Positions 12,360 to 25,383 of a stretch of DNA of 55,109 bases are shown here, in pieces. How positions within the stretch are numbered: the first letter of the stretch is position 1; each line of letters starts with the position of its first letter. Source of the stretch: Basidiobolus meristosporus CBS 931.73 (Eukaryota; Fungi; Basidiobolomycota); the NCBI GenBank assembly GCA_002104905.1, contig MCFE01000592.1:1-55109 (forward strand), given 5' to 3'. Made by a program: the position numbers and the translations under genes. Under the pieces are notes generated by a model. The model was given only the letters and a program-made list of their open reading frames with translations, did not search any database and was not told where the DNA came from.

Positions 12360-14652
12360 ATGGATCCCAAAACACAGAAATATGACAGACAATTAAGGTA
12401 TGTCGACTAGGATGTCTACATGATCTATGTACAGCCTATACGAAATTCAACTAATGACAACCGAAGATTGTGGCATTCTAGCGGCCAGACCGCACTTGAA
12501 AATGCCAAAGTCTGTCTAGTTCACGGAACCGCAACTGGGGCAGAGATTTTAAAAAACCTGATTCTCCCAGGTAGGTTGGATCACGTTTGAGACCACCAGC
12601 TTACTTCAACAACAGCCAATGCTTAAAGGTGCTGAATTTGTTTAACGAAATAGGGATTGGGTCTTTTACAGTGTTAGATAACCAGCTGGTAAAGAGCTCT
12701 GACGTTGGGAGTAACTTTTTCCTCGAGCTTTCCAGTGTTAACCAGTCGCGTGCCCAAGCCGTTACACAACTTTTGAAAGAACTGAACGAGGATGTGGAGG
12801 GATTTCACATAGACGAGGTAAGGTGATAACGTTCAAGGCAAAAAAGTTTGATAGCAAGACTAGCGCGCCTGATTTTAGAGAATGCACCACTCAACTTATC
12901 TTCCACTAGGACGTATACTCGTTAATTGAACATCGCCCGGAGTTCTTTAAGCAATTCTCGGTGGTGATTGCTTCGGATGTTCCAGAAAAATACTTGGTTA
13001 AGCTTTCAGAGTATTGCTGGAGAGAGGACATCGCCCTGGTAGTGGTCCGCAACTTTGGTTACATGGGCTATTTCCGTATTGCGGTCCCTGAACACACAGG
13101 TTTTGTGTCACACAGTTAGACAATGCCATATCACTATCTAACAAGCATTCATTGCTTAGTCATTGAGGCGCACTCCGAGAATACTATCGATCTTCGTGTG
13201 GACTGTCCTTTTGCAGCCCTCCAAGATTACTCCAAATCGTTTGAGCTTGATACCATGAGCAACATGGACCATGGGAATGTTCCATATGTTGTCATCTTGC
13301 TCCAGGCTTTGGACAAATGGAAGAAAGAGGTATGTCAGCGCTCATGGCAATCCTCATCCAGTACAGTGAGCCTTTATCTCATGTCTGCAATGATTCAAAC
13401 AGCATGACGGAAAAATCCCCACCAAATACGCAGAAAAAAATGAACTGAAACAATGGATCCGTCAGATGTCTCGATCCTTCGACGAGGAAAACTTCGAAGA
13501 GGCCATCAACATGGTGCTCCGTGTATGCAACGAAACTGGGGTATGGCTTTGCATAGTAGGCAAGTTTAGTGAACCCCTCATCTCATGACCACTCAGGTAC
13601 CTTCTGAAGTTCAAAACTTGTTTGCTTCCTCGTCATGCAATGAGATAACCAGCCAGGTAAGTTGGATCCGGATGTGTGGTGCCGACATGTTCCTTGAAAC
13701 CTAACCACAGTGTGTCTAGTCTTCCGACTTCTGGTTGTTGGTGCGCGCGCTGAAAGAATTTGTGAACAACGAGGGTAACGGATTACTCCCGGTAACGGCA
13801 ACACTTCCCGACATGAAATCCGACACAGAGCGCTATATCGCTCTTCAGAATATGTAAGATAGTCTTGATTGATACCGGTTGCATAAACAAGGACTAACCT
13901 CATCTTCAGCTACCGTCAAAAGGCGAAAGAAGATCTCTTGGCACTCAAGAATCACCTAGAGAGTTTACTTACTTCCGTAAACCGACCTGCCGACTCGATT
14001 CCTGAGGAGAAAATAGAGACCTTCTGCAAGAATGCGGCATTTTTGAAGGCTCTAAAATTCCGTTCGATCGCTGATGAGTACCAAAACAACCCAAGAACCA
14101 AGGAGATCCGTAAGTATTAAACGAGCGAACCAGCCGGCTACTGCGACATCTGATATCTTTTCAAACAGGCAAATGGCTAGAGGATGAAACTGGGAATTTA
14201 TCTCTTTATGTAATTATTCGGGCGGTTGATCGATTCTACGAGGCACATAAAAGATACCCAGGTAACCGCACACGAATGAACCCTTTCTTCTGTACGCCAT
14301 CCTAATATGTTCATTCCTAGGACAAGAGGACGAGACGGTAGAGGATGATATCAAGCTCCTCAAGGAATCAACCGCCAGCCTGTTGAATGAATGGGGGTTG
14401 CCTCTGGACTGTATCTCTGAAGATTATATTCAAGAAGTGTACGTTGTGTTCGACAGCTTTCAACCAGATGCTATTAACTGACTCGTTCATAGATGCCGCA
14501 CTGGACTTGCCGAGTTACCGAGTATAGCAGCACTCCTAGGTGGTATAGTGTCGCAAGAAGTAATCAAGCTGATCACCAGACAGTATATTCCGTTGAATAA
14601 CACCTGTCTGTACAACGGCATCAAAGCCACTGTCTCGACGTACGAATTATAA
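12360..14652 (+). CDS. ULA1: NEDD8-activating enzyme E1 regulatory subunit (NAE1/APP-BP1/Ula1), many short exons
   Basis: N-terminus [15 protein letters not shown]...[20 protein letters not shown], then DLRVDCPF and [12 protein letters not shown]...[19 protein letters not shown]-terminus [32 protein letters not shown]. Confidence 0.93.
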
Positions 14653-15505
14653 AAAGATCGCGAGGATTCAAAGCACATGAGCGAACATTTTCCTTTCTTT
14701 CCCTCCTCGCATCTTCCACAATCCAACATTGATTCGTGGGAATACCAGATATTTCGAATCCTGCGATATGCTATCAAAGGAGAAATAGGACAGTTGTTTC
14801 CAATAAACATCATAGATTCTTATGGGTCTAATGGATTGCAATTCCCAGCACAGATCAATATTTACCAATCCAACATCTAATCGTACACCAGAAAGCACGA
14901 TCCTCTGCTAGACTGCTTCAAGCAAATTCAACGAGTCTTCATAGTGGCTTGAGCTCTAGCAACGCAACAACAAAGACGTTAAGATAAATACCGAAAACTA
15001 CAAGGGAAGAATGGCCAGTTTTACTGCTTTCCCATAATGGTCAAGGGGCATGGATTCTATATTGAAGTTGATTAACTTGCCACATGGGAGAACAATGAAA
15101 GAATGTGGTTGAAGGATTCACCGTATAGCTCGGGAAATAACAGCATCGCTATCTGCATGAGCCATACAATGGCATCGAAGTCAACCCCACTCACACTAGA
15201 AAGCAAGACAATCCACGGCTGAGGGATCATGGGAAAGCATCAGATTACTATTTACATCAGCTCATTGTGACATTTTCTTCGAAATCGGACATTATGGCTG
15301 AATTCATGTCCTCATCTCCGTTGAAGGGAAATGCTTGGGCTATCTGGTAGATATAAGACAGGAAACGGCCGGAAATCACATTCATTGTTGCGACTCTAGC
15401 AGTCCATCCCGAAATCCCCTTTAAAGTTAATCCCAAGTTGTCTAAACGTAACCCAATCCTAAGTTAACCCGCTGGAAGATGACTAAAAAGCCCCATTTTA
15501 ACTCT

Positions 15506-17090
15506 ATGTTTACCAAATTCTTTTACGAAACTCTCCCAGGAGAAAAGCCAAAGCAACAGGACAAGTGGGTATCATCGAAACGACATTATCCGTGGTTTTG
15601 CTAAACTGTGATTTACTACCAGAGAGATTGGAGTGTTGTCGAAACACCCCATAGATAGAGTGTCTTATTCTCGGTTTCACGACGACAAGTAGGCTTGATA
15701 CCTCTGTTACACCGTATTCCATCGCCACTTTGCTTTAACTTGCTTGTCAACTAGATTAAATCCAGCTTTGAATGACTACGAATACTTCAAAGAACCTTAC
15801 TTCAACGCTTCAAGGGATGACGCATCACATAGCTCTCGATACTCTTTTCCTTCCAACTTCAGTGCATCCACCATAGCACCAGATTCGACCTATGACAGGT
15901 AAAACCAGTCACCTTACAAGATCCGTCTCCACACTTACAGATCGGTCTCTAGATATCCGTTGGATCCGAAACCCCAGGAATTGGAGCTTTCTGTTAACTC
16001 CAAAAGCTTGGACAACTACTTGTGCCAGATTATTGATCTGGAGGTCATCTTGTCTCATGATATTTTGACCAGATCTTGATACTCACCCTGTGTGCACTTC
16101 ATCAATAGAAAGAGAAACGGCAGATCATGCTGGAACGAAAAACCTGGAAAAAGCGGTGTATACGTGCTGAAACTGACCAGGCGAACCAGGCGTTGGAATA
16201 CGAGGGTAGACTGTGGTCACTTACTTCCCCCACGTCCCGCCACCATCTCTAACCCGTTGATCCAGAGAAAACCCATCGATTGAGGGAAAGGTATGCGCAC
16301 GATCTGGAAAAACTTCGTTTGTTACACCGGGAACGCTGCGGAAGCCTAAGCAACCAAGTGGCCCGGTTGTCGCAAATGGCTAAGGGTTACCATCATCAAC
16401 TTCTCGAGCATGGAATAGAACCAGGCAAGTGATTACTTCGACCGAGTCCTACCTGCAACCAACTAACTTCCACCATGTCCGTAGCGTATCTGTTCGACAC
16501 CGAACACAATCCCTCGGATGCGGATCGGAAATATATCGAGGTGAGGTTGGATTCTGCGGAGAGTCGGGGGTTGCCACTAACATCGCCCGGTACAATGTAT
16601 AGAGTTGCTACAAAAGATTGAGGAGTGGTAAGAAACGTGACCAAGAAGAGCAGGATGCACATCTTGATCACACAGTGGAGGTACTTTGCTTTGGATCGCT
16701 TATCCCTGGGCAGACGTTCTAACGATCAGCTAGTATCTCATCCAGGCACTGGGTTACGAGATCAACAACCAACGGGTGGAAATGTATCAAGACTCGCTGG
16801 AGCAAACCAGGCTTCATAGTAAAATGAAGCAGAAGTTGGAATTGGCCACCAGCGTTCGTAAGATCCGTTCCCGAGCGGAGCGATTCAGATCCAGGCCTTC
16901 CAACAGCGACCTCAAGAAGGACGCCCTAACCCCGAAAACCCCCGCCCCGAAAGATCAACCGGAACGTGGAAGGCCCTCCGCAGGCGCCCCAAGAATCCCT
17001 TCGTTGTCAGGGCTTGGCTGTCATGAGAGCTTCGGGAGATCTAGTCTGAGGAGAGTCAAGGCTCAACGTGGAGGGTACAACGCTCACTAA
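15506..17090 (+). CDS. Uncharacterised coiled-coil protein of roughly 370 aa, about 8 exons, probably with one GC-AG intron
   Basis: A continuous frame was obtained by hand using consensus splice sites: MFTKFFYETLPGEKPKQQDKEIGVLSKHPIDR...NYLCQIIDLEKEKRQIMLERKTWKKRCIRAETDQANQALEYEEKTHRLRERYAHDLEKL...YLIQALGYEINNQRVEMYQDSLEQ. The last exon is track ORF 16776-17090. Confidence 0.65.
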
Positions 17091-17673
17091 TATTGCAACG
17101 CGGAGCTGGGCGAGGGCCCCCAGAACGCCAATCGCCTTTTACCTGTAACTACATTCACTGGGCTCCCAAGTGTAAATAGAAATAAACCCGGGCCGTTCTC
17201 TTGTTCTGCGATATGCTTGAAAAGGCATTCAGTAATGCATGTAGGCACCAGAACTCGTTCTGATGGTTGGGATGGATGGTGATGTGGATGTGGGTATGGG
17301 TATGGGTTCTGAAGCACAGGCTCCTCCCCCGTATGGCGCAATTGAGTCTAGTAATAGGACACTTCATTTATCTAGGTAGTTGAACGTAGTCTGCATTGGT
17401 GTATAACAAAGGCCAGCTACGAGTAACTAAAAAAATTCATCAGAAAAGAGCTCTCGTGAGGTGATCTATGCACCAGGAATCGGTATCTAAGGTGGTTCAA
17501 TGTCAGTTGGAATTCACGACAAACTAGGTTTCAAACTACTATTCATGTCCTAATACGAAAAAAATGCCATTTACATGGGTACAGGTGTATCGAGGCACAA
17601 CCACTGTCTACAATACTGAATCTCTAACGCTACCCTAATGCTATCCGGAATTCAATCGATCCAGATAGGACCG

Positions 17674-20180
17674 CTATTTGGATGACGAATGGGCGCCACT
17701 GTTGCTTGGCAATATCGGATCGTTGGAGGGATATGGGATTGCCGGTGTAAGGTGAGTTAGCGACGGAAGGGTCCCTTGGGGATCCGAGTTGGGGCCGAAC
17801 TGTTGGGCGCGGCTCTGTGAAGCTTGAGGGGCTTGGTTCAGACCCTCCGGTGAATCCCATATCGACGGGTACTGCTCGTCAAGTGTTTTGGAATTCAGAT
17901 CGTAGCTATCATCAAACTGTTGGGATTGATTCTGGGCCAGTATTTGGGCTATGATGTCATTGAACTCCGCGGTCTCGCACAGACCTTGTCCGAAATCTTC
18001 GCATACCTCGTTTCGCCCGAAAGGGTGATCATATGAAAAGCCCGTGCTCGGGTCCCAAGGTACACTGGCTTTCTCTACACTCGGAGTCCCCAGCCTGTAT
18101 TGTGGAGACACGGTGTATTTGTCGCTGACCAATTCCTTCGCAGGCGGGGCGTGCTTCGTGTCTATAAATTGGGGACATTAATACGAAATCAGGAGAACCT
18201 CCCCAAAAAACCCACTCACCAAGTCGAGAAGAATACTCGTTGAGCAAAACGGCATGGATTTCATGCACCCGCCACAGCACCTGCCACTCCTTCAGCGTGC
18301 TGTGTAAGAATTTGAAGAACTTCAGCGAGCGTTGGGCTTGGCCGTTGTCGTGTGACCTACAACCCTGTAGGAAAAATTGGGCAGCCATGAAGATGCATGT
18401 GCCAAACATCGGATGTATCTCGGTCACAGGCAAGCTTTTGACCTCTTGCACGGCGAACGTAATCATCTTGGCCGACATAAAGCACCGCTTGATGGTCTCG
18501 GCAATATCGGGGGTGTTGGACGTGATGGTTTGCTCGGCAATGGGCTTTTTGAAAAGTGGCAAATGGATCCAGATGTCTATGGAGTGTCTCGTGGAGTCCA
18601 GGAATGCTATCTGAGCCAAGAGAGACGGATCTTCCTTGATGGTCTCTTCCGGGCGATATTTGTATTTCGCAGGTATGCTTGCCTCCCACGCTCCCAGTGC
18701 CTGCTTTACTTGGGGGAAGATGAGACTCTTCTGCACCGCGGTCAGAGTTCCAAATCGAATGATCCCCCTCATGGCTCTCGCCATGATGGTCACAAGAGTG
18801 ATGTGCACGGTGAGCAACCCAGTATTGGGCGCCGTTACCATGACAACCACTTGTTCAGAAAGCTCCTTGTCGAACTTGCACACTTTGGTGTTGACCGGGC
18901 GATACTCTTCCCAGTATTGGTCATAGCACGGTAGCATCACGCAGCAATCGTCCTCGTTAATTAAAGGCGGTCGGCTGATCATAACACTAACATACGTATC
19001 AAGGATGTAGCTAAACCACCATATCCTTCTTGCCGCCTCCTTACGAACCCACTGATTAACCGTTAAATCCATGGCACTGATGTAGGTTTCGTCGAGTCTG
19101 AAAAGGCCAAGGCCCTGGACCATTCTACTCGAGAATCAATTAAAATGTCGTGGAGAGAGGGGATTAGCATACCAACCTTACAACAATCCCTGGTACCGCG
19201 TTGCGGATTAGAACAGGTTAATACCGATCAATCGCAAAAGAACAGGGATTATCAGAACTCTTACCGGAATAAGTGCATGCTCGGTTGAGTCTTCCGTTGG
19301 CTAGCTCGTATATACACATCAGCAATATGGCTTGGCTAAACTCTAGACCCGGATTGTCTATGACGTGAAATAGCTGTGCCTCAACCGCGGCCGCATAGGT
19401 GGGATCGTGCGCTTTCTCGGAAGTACTTGCTCTGAACCAAGAGGATAGAGCACAAATACTATTGATAAGTACAGAAGAAACTTTATTTTCATGAAATTTA
19501 TCCCGAAATCCTTGAGGATGTATGAAAGGATAGTGTCGATGGATATTCTCGAAGTAGTAATCTACTAGTTGCTGTACTTCGGAATGCGGAAGATCCGTCG
19601 GCTTGGATTTGTCGAGCGTCAAATGCTTGTCGCTCGGGGCGTTTGGGCTGTCGTCTTCTCTAATAGGCAGGCTGTACGCAACCTCTGGGGCCATAGGCTC
19701 TTCCCGAGTATCCAACAGCTCGTTGATTTTAGGGCACGGCACAGGGAGGCAAGATTCCGGTTCAGGGGATTTGGGAACCGAAGCTGGAATGGCTTGCACA
19801 GCAAATTCGGTTGCTGGAAGCGGGGATGTCTCAGGGGCACTTTGACTGCCTTCGGTGGTGGGGGTTGCGTTGGAAGTATCGTTGTTGCTGGAGGTAGCGT
19901 TGGAATCGACAGGCACGTTGTCAATCAGCTCCACCATTTTGCCCCCGTCAAATTTCATGACGGTCTGGCTGAAGCTCCCAGCGGTGGCACCGTATTTCAA
20001 AGAGGCTGAGGTCTGGCGAGGCCCTCTTTTTTTGTTCCCGGTCAGGAAAGTGCAAGTGACGTTAAGTCTACGACAAGTCGCGCAAGCAGGCTTGTCGGTG
20101 TCACATTTGACTTTCATGCGACGACAGCAATCACAGGCTTGGGTGAGTCGTTTTCGTTTGTTAGAGGAGGAATCGTTCAT
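17674..20180 (-). CDS. Zn(II)2Cys6 transcription factor with fungal-specific TF (middle homology) domain, 4 exons including a 13-nt microexon
   Basis: CDCCRRMKVKCDTDKPACATCRRLNVTC cluster, YFENIHRHYPFIH, YSGIVVRMVQGLGL (after splicing) and EAARRIWWFSYILD. Confidence 0.92.
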
Positions 20181-20783
20181 TCTGAGTTATTACGAGAACG
20201 GACCGCAACAGGACAGGAGAGCTATTCTAAAAACAACCATCTAAAGCCAGGAAAGCTGGGTTTAAATGAGATTGCATTTCATTCAGACAGCAAGTTGGCA
20301 TATGCAAGTCTGACGAAAAAGAGGATAATAAAATCACCAGAATCACCTGGTTATTAATCCAATTTCCAATCCATCTTGTCTAATTTCCGGGGTGGATAGA
20401 CTACATCCGATTGGATGCTATTTCTCCTTATCCTCAGAGGCTAAGCTTCAATTGGCTAGGACGTCGGTGAGGCCGGAAAAACTTCCAAAAGTGGACATCC
20501 CACCGATAGAACTCTTACATTTTCGAAATCGCATTCATGATTCCAGTACCAATTATGTTCTACATGGAGCCAACTCATTCAGCTAATCAAACAGCCTTAA
20601 CAATGTATTAGATAATAGGTAGCTTTATTTGCAAACTAAGTCGAGTCTAGTGAGATAAAAATAAAATTGGTCTGGAGTGGGGGGGGCATCAGACAGAAAT
20701 CTATGATCCAATTCAAAGATGAGTTGGTTGGATTAAGCCAGTAACTAGCAGGGAATACGTGGGCATTTCAGTATTCACTCGGC

Positions 20784-22018
20784 TTATAAAGTCGAATACC
20801 CATGTTGTCCGCGGCCAACGCCCATACACTTGTTATACAGTTGATAGCCAAGGTCCTACCGAGAACATGGTTAGTCCCATAACTAGTGGGGATGAAGAGG
20901 CATCAGCTCGAATTTACCTTAATTACCTCCGAGAAGGATCTCCAGAAGTCTAGATAGTACAAATTGTTATAACGCGGGCAATTGAGGGAGCTCTAGGTGG
21001 TGGTACTTACGCAAATGGGGAATGAGATAAATCCCTGTCTCATGGTTTACCAAATAATTATAGATAATCCCGGCGGCGAAGTAGAGGAAGAGGAGGCAGA
21101 ACACTCTGAAGAATGGTTTAGTGTTTGTTAGGAGGGTAGAATGCTGTCGCACAAACTTACACAATGAAGAAAATAGACCATCCACTCCTGGATTGACTGC
21201 TTTCATCTGGCTTATCCTCAACGGGTTTATCCTTCTCAGGCTCGGCGTTGCTGCGTTAAACAATATGAGATCTCCATTCACTATTTGAAATTCATGGCTG
21301 AACCCACCTGCAAGCAAATGGTGATTTCCATTCCAGCGACAACAAGTTGTTTTCATAGCTTTTGATCGTAGGTTCAGAGTCCTTGTTGCCCTATTGAAGG
21401 CAGATTAGCGTGCGTTATGTAACAGCTGAATGCGGAGGTACGTACATCCTTATCGCAGGTAAAAGTAATCTCGGCCTTTTGCTTATCCATTCCAGAAAGA
21501 GACCAGATAAGAGTGTCTATCAAAATGCTTAATATACGTTTGGAGGGAGAATTCACCAACGTTTCAATGGTATACCTTGCTGTGCATTCTCAGAAGTTTT
21601 AAGCGACAGAGTAGGTTCGGTCTCATTAGCACCGCCAGCAAGGCTATTGATTCGAATGATTCTGGGTTCGTTGTTTTTGAAATTCGTAATCAAACGGCAG
21701 ATTTGAGTGTTTTTTGAGCACCGATCGGCTTCCTCTTCTTTTTTTACTTGCAAGGGGGCACACGGGTTGATCAGGTACGTAGTCTGGGTAACTGTTGGAT
21801 AGGTCTCTTCGCTGCTGGAGATGTTGAAGTCTCTAGATAAATCAAAGGATGAGGTTTAGAGGCAAGCGCACCGGACATAAATGTTCCAAACAATACTTGT
21901 TCAAGGGCGAGAGGTCGTAGCGTTTTCCTTCAATTTCAATGCTCTTACATTCCAGGGCAAGGGTCGTGTAGCAACCTGCGAGAGCGACTAGTGTAGATAT
22001 CAATGGTATAATTCTCAT
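20784..22018 (-). CDS. ATG27: Atg27-like type I membrane protein (mannose-6-phosphate receptor homology domain), multi-exon
   Basis: Signal peptide MRIIPLISTLVALAG, MRH motifs YDLSPL, YLINPC, AEITFTCDK and LEWKSPFAC, TM segment FCLLFLYFAAGIIYNY, tail LIPHLHFW, and C-terminal Yxx-hydrophobic motif GYSTL*. Confidence 0.8.
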
Positions 22019-23211
22019 TGTTTCGACTACGTGCAACTAAGGTCCACAAGTGATCACTTTTTTCTGGTTAGCTGACTGAGGTAAGCATGGCTGAACTCAC
22101 TGCGACAACCTTATTCCAAACCCCTGGCAAAATCTATGCCCCTGAAGGATGACCTATACAAGCATGATATCATTAAAGTGATTCTTGAGCTTGATTAATC
22201 ATTGTCTGATGATGGAAAATTTTGTGAAGCTCATGTTCATTGATAATGATTTGGGAGGTACCTATTGGGTCAATTATCTGGTGTGAAACATAAAGTACAG
22301 TATGATTTGAGGCACTCGCTATATCGCTTGTATATTGAGCCATGATTCGAACTGTTTTCGGAGGGTAGGAAGCTCTCCCCTAATGAGAGAGAGGATAGCA
22401 TCCCTAGCATTGATACACAAATGGAACTGGGACCTTTCGGATACCACGTTCTTAAGGGTCCAAGCCGCACAGGCGAGTTCATAGCATGATGGATGGAGTT
22501 GGCATAGATCAGATTATGCCACATCAACCTTTATCGTGGTCTGGCGGCACATGTGAAAACGTTACCGACAGTATCGCCGCGGGGTGCGGATGCACATTCA
22601 GGATTGAGATCATGATACCAGCTATCTTTGCCTACAACATAAGGTTAGTGAGGTGTCTAACATGGACTGGAGCTGAATCAATTTGCAAGATCTATTTATA
22701 CCCCTCATGTGGCTAGATTTCGAAGACGGGGCATGAGCAATGCCGTCACAGGACAAGCCCATCACGGACATTGGCCTCTTTCTGGCGCATAGCCATGACG
22801 GTATGGGACAGTCTGTCAGCTTTGGAGGCGAGCAGCACTCGTGCCTTGTCAGTCCAAATGTCCTTACCAACCAGTGATGAACGAGGTTACGAATGACATT
22901 TTTCTGTGTTTGAAGCACAGTCAGCAAAACAACATTTCATTGGGCTACCACCCGATGCGAAATCGAACCAACTCGGCATAGCCAGTTGTTGAGGAGATTC
23001 TGTTTGCTGATAGTTGCTGTTGCAGCGTCAACCTCAAAAAACACGCACCCATTTGTTTTGGGCCAGATGGTCTTGGGCTCCAGATGTGAATCAGTAAACA
23101 AAATGGCCACAGCAATTGGTCCATGGTTCCAATGTGCGGTGTTAGACCGAGGAGGTATAAATGAGCGGGGTACCTCGCGCCAGGACAGATAACACATCCA
23201 ATACCTTCCCA

Positions 23212-23697
23212 ATGAAGTTCTCCATCATCATTTGCGCCTTGGTCACGATGCTATGTGTGTCCAAAGCTGTGGAAGCGACCTGCGCCGCCCAGACTGTATT
23301 CGATGCTTGTATCCAACGAGGCAAAGATATGTTCAATGCCTGTAGTGATCAGGATTATGCATGCAAATGCCAGCGTCAAAAGGATATCCGGCTATGTTAC
23401 GATAACTGCAAAGACGATCCTACCATCACCAGTCAAGGTCAGATCCAAGATGGATTGGTGACGACCTATTGCGCGTTAGTTCCTAGCTCGACATCGTCTT
23501 CTGCCGGGAGCACTTCAACCGGAACCCAAGCATCGCTCGCCCCGTCAAGCCCTAGTGCTTCATCAGCCACCGGCTCCACTCCCTCCAACACCAACACTCC
23601 ACCAACCATTACCCCCAACAGCACGTCAAAGCTTGCCGCACAATGTTCAGGACTCCTTATGGCTGTTGGTATCTTGGTCCATCTCAGTCTTTCCTAA
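23212..23697 (+). CDS. Secreted or GPI-anchored Ser/Thr-rich protein with an 8-Cys extracellular domain
   Basis: Signal peptide MKFSIIICALVTMLCVSKAVEA, then CAAQTVFDAC...C...CKC...CYDNC...C (8 Cys), an S/T/P-rich stalk and a hydrophobic C-terminal GPI signal. Confidence 0.85.
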   Translation: MKFSIIICALVTMLCVSKAVEATCAAQTVFDACIQRGKDMFNACSDQDYACKCQRQKDIRLCYDNCKDDPTITSQGQIQDGLVTTYCALVPSSTSSSAGSTSTGTQASLAPSSPSASSATGSTPSNTNTPPTITPNSTSKLAAQCSGLLMAVGILVHLSLS

Positions 23698-24454
23698 ATC
23701 ACCCCCTGGGATACCTCAGCTCACAAAATAGCCAATGCTAGTGTATGCACCATGTTGCCCATGATTCTCAAAAACCTCCAATAAACCATGTTTACCTATC
23801 TGGCAATCTGTTTACCTTATCCCGACACGACTGAATTGGCCAAGCCTTTAGTTGATGAGCAATATCGCATCCTGCAAATCATCGAGCCTCGCTAAAAAAT
23901 AAGGCCGCCGATTCCAACGGAGCCCGACGCATTTGGCAGTCGGCTCACAACCTGCTTCAACCCCACCGGATATTAAGCAAAAATAACCATGGAGTGACTG
24001 CCGGATCCGGTTGCTTCAGATACCATCGGTCTCATTTATGGTCTTAATCCTGGATTCCCTTGCAACCTGTTGACCCAGAGTTGTCAAAATATTTTGGGGC
24101 TGGCCGGCTGATCAATTAGATGGCACGATTCTTCTGAATGTTGTAACTCAATAAATTCCGAATTGTTTTTCGGTTTTTTGGCATTGCATACCTGGGTGGT
24201 AATGATTGGTAGACATGCGGACGAAAGGGGCAGAGCCCGTATTTTATATTCCATTGCTTGGTCGCCGGTGGAATTCATCGCCTAGCGGGATCTGAATGTG
24301 GGATATTATCATTCAGTAGGGATTCTCTTTAACCGATTCTCTTTAACCAGCCTTTTCCACTTGTACGCTATTTGTGCTCTATCAGCTCTAGAAACCATTC
24401 TTCGTGACAGTTAAATTTTCCGTTCCCCCTGCTTTATTTCACCAGAACTTTGAT

Positions 24455-25383
<929 letters not shown>

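Noticed and set aside
17262-17307. GGATGT/GGGTAT-type simple repeats (HPHH/YPYP in a minus ORF)
   Set aside because: A short low-complexity tract between convergent 3' ends; no evidence of coding or telomeric function.
18240-20244. Several 100-185 aa plus-strand ORFs (18377-18934, 19569-20009, 19855-20244 and others)
   Set aside because: They are antisense shadows of the Zn2Cys6 gene.
22130-22480. Protein-like plus-strand frame with several stops between ATG27 and the GPI protein
   Set aside because: There are multiple stops and no recognisable motif, so it cannot be distinguished from random intergenic sequence.
24321-24348. Perfect 14-bp tandem duplication (GATTCTCTTTAACC x2) upstream of YPT6
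   Set aside because: Only two units, consistent with ordinary slippage; no spacer structure and no known motif.
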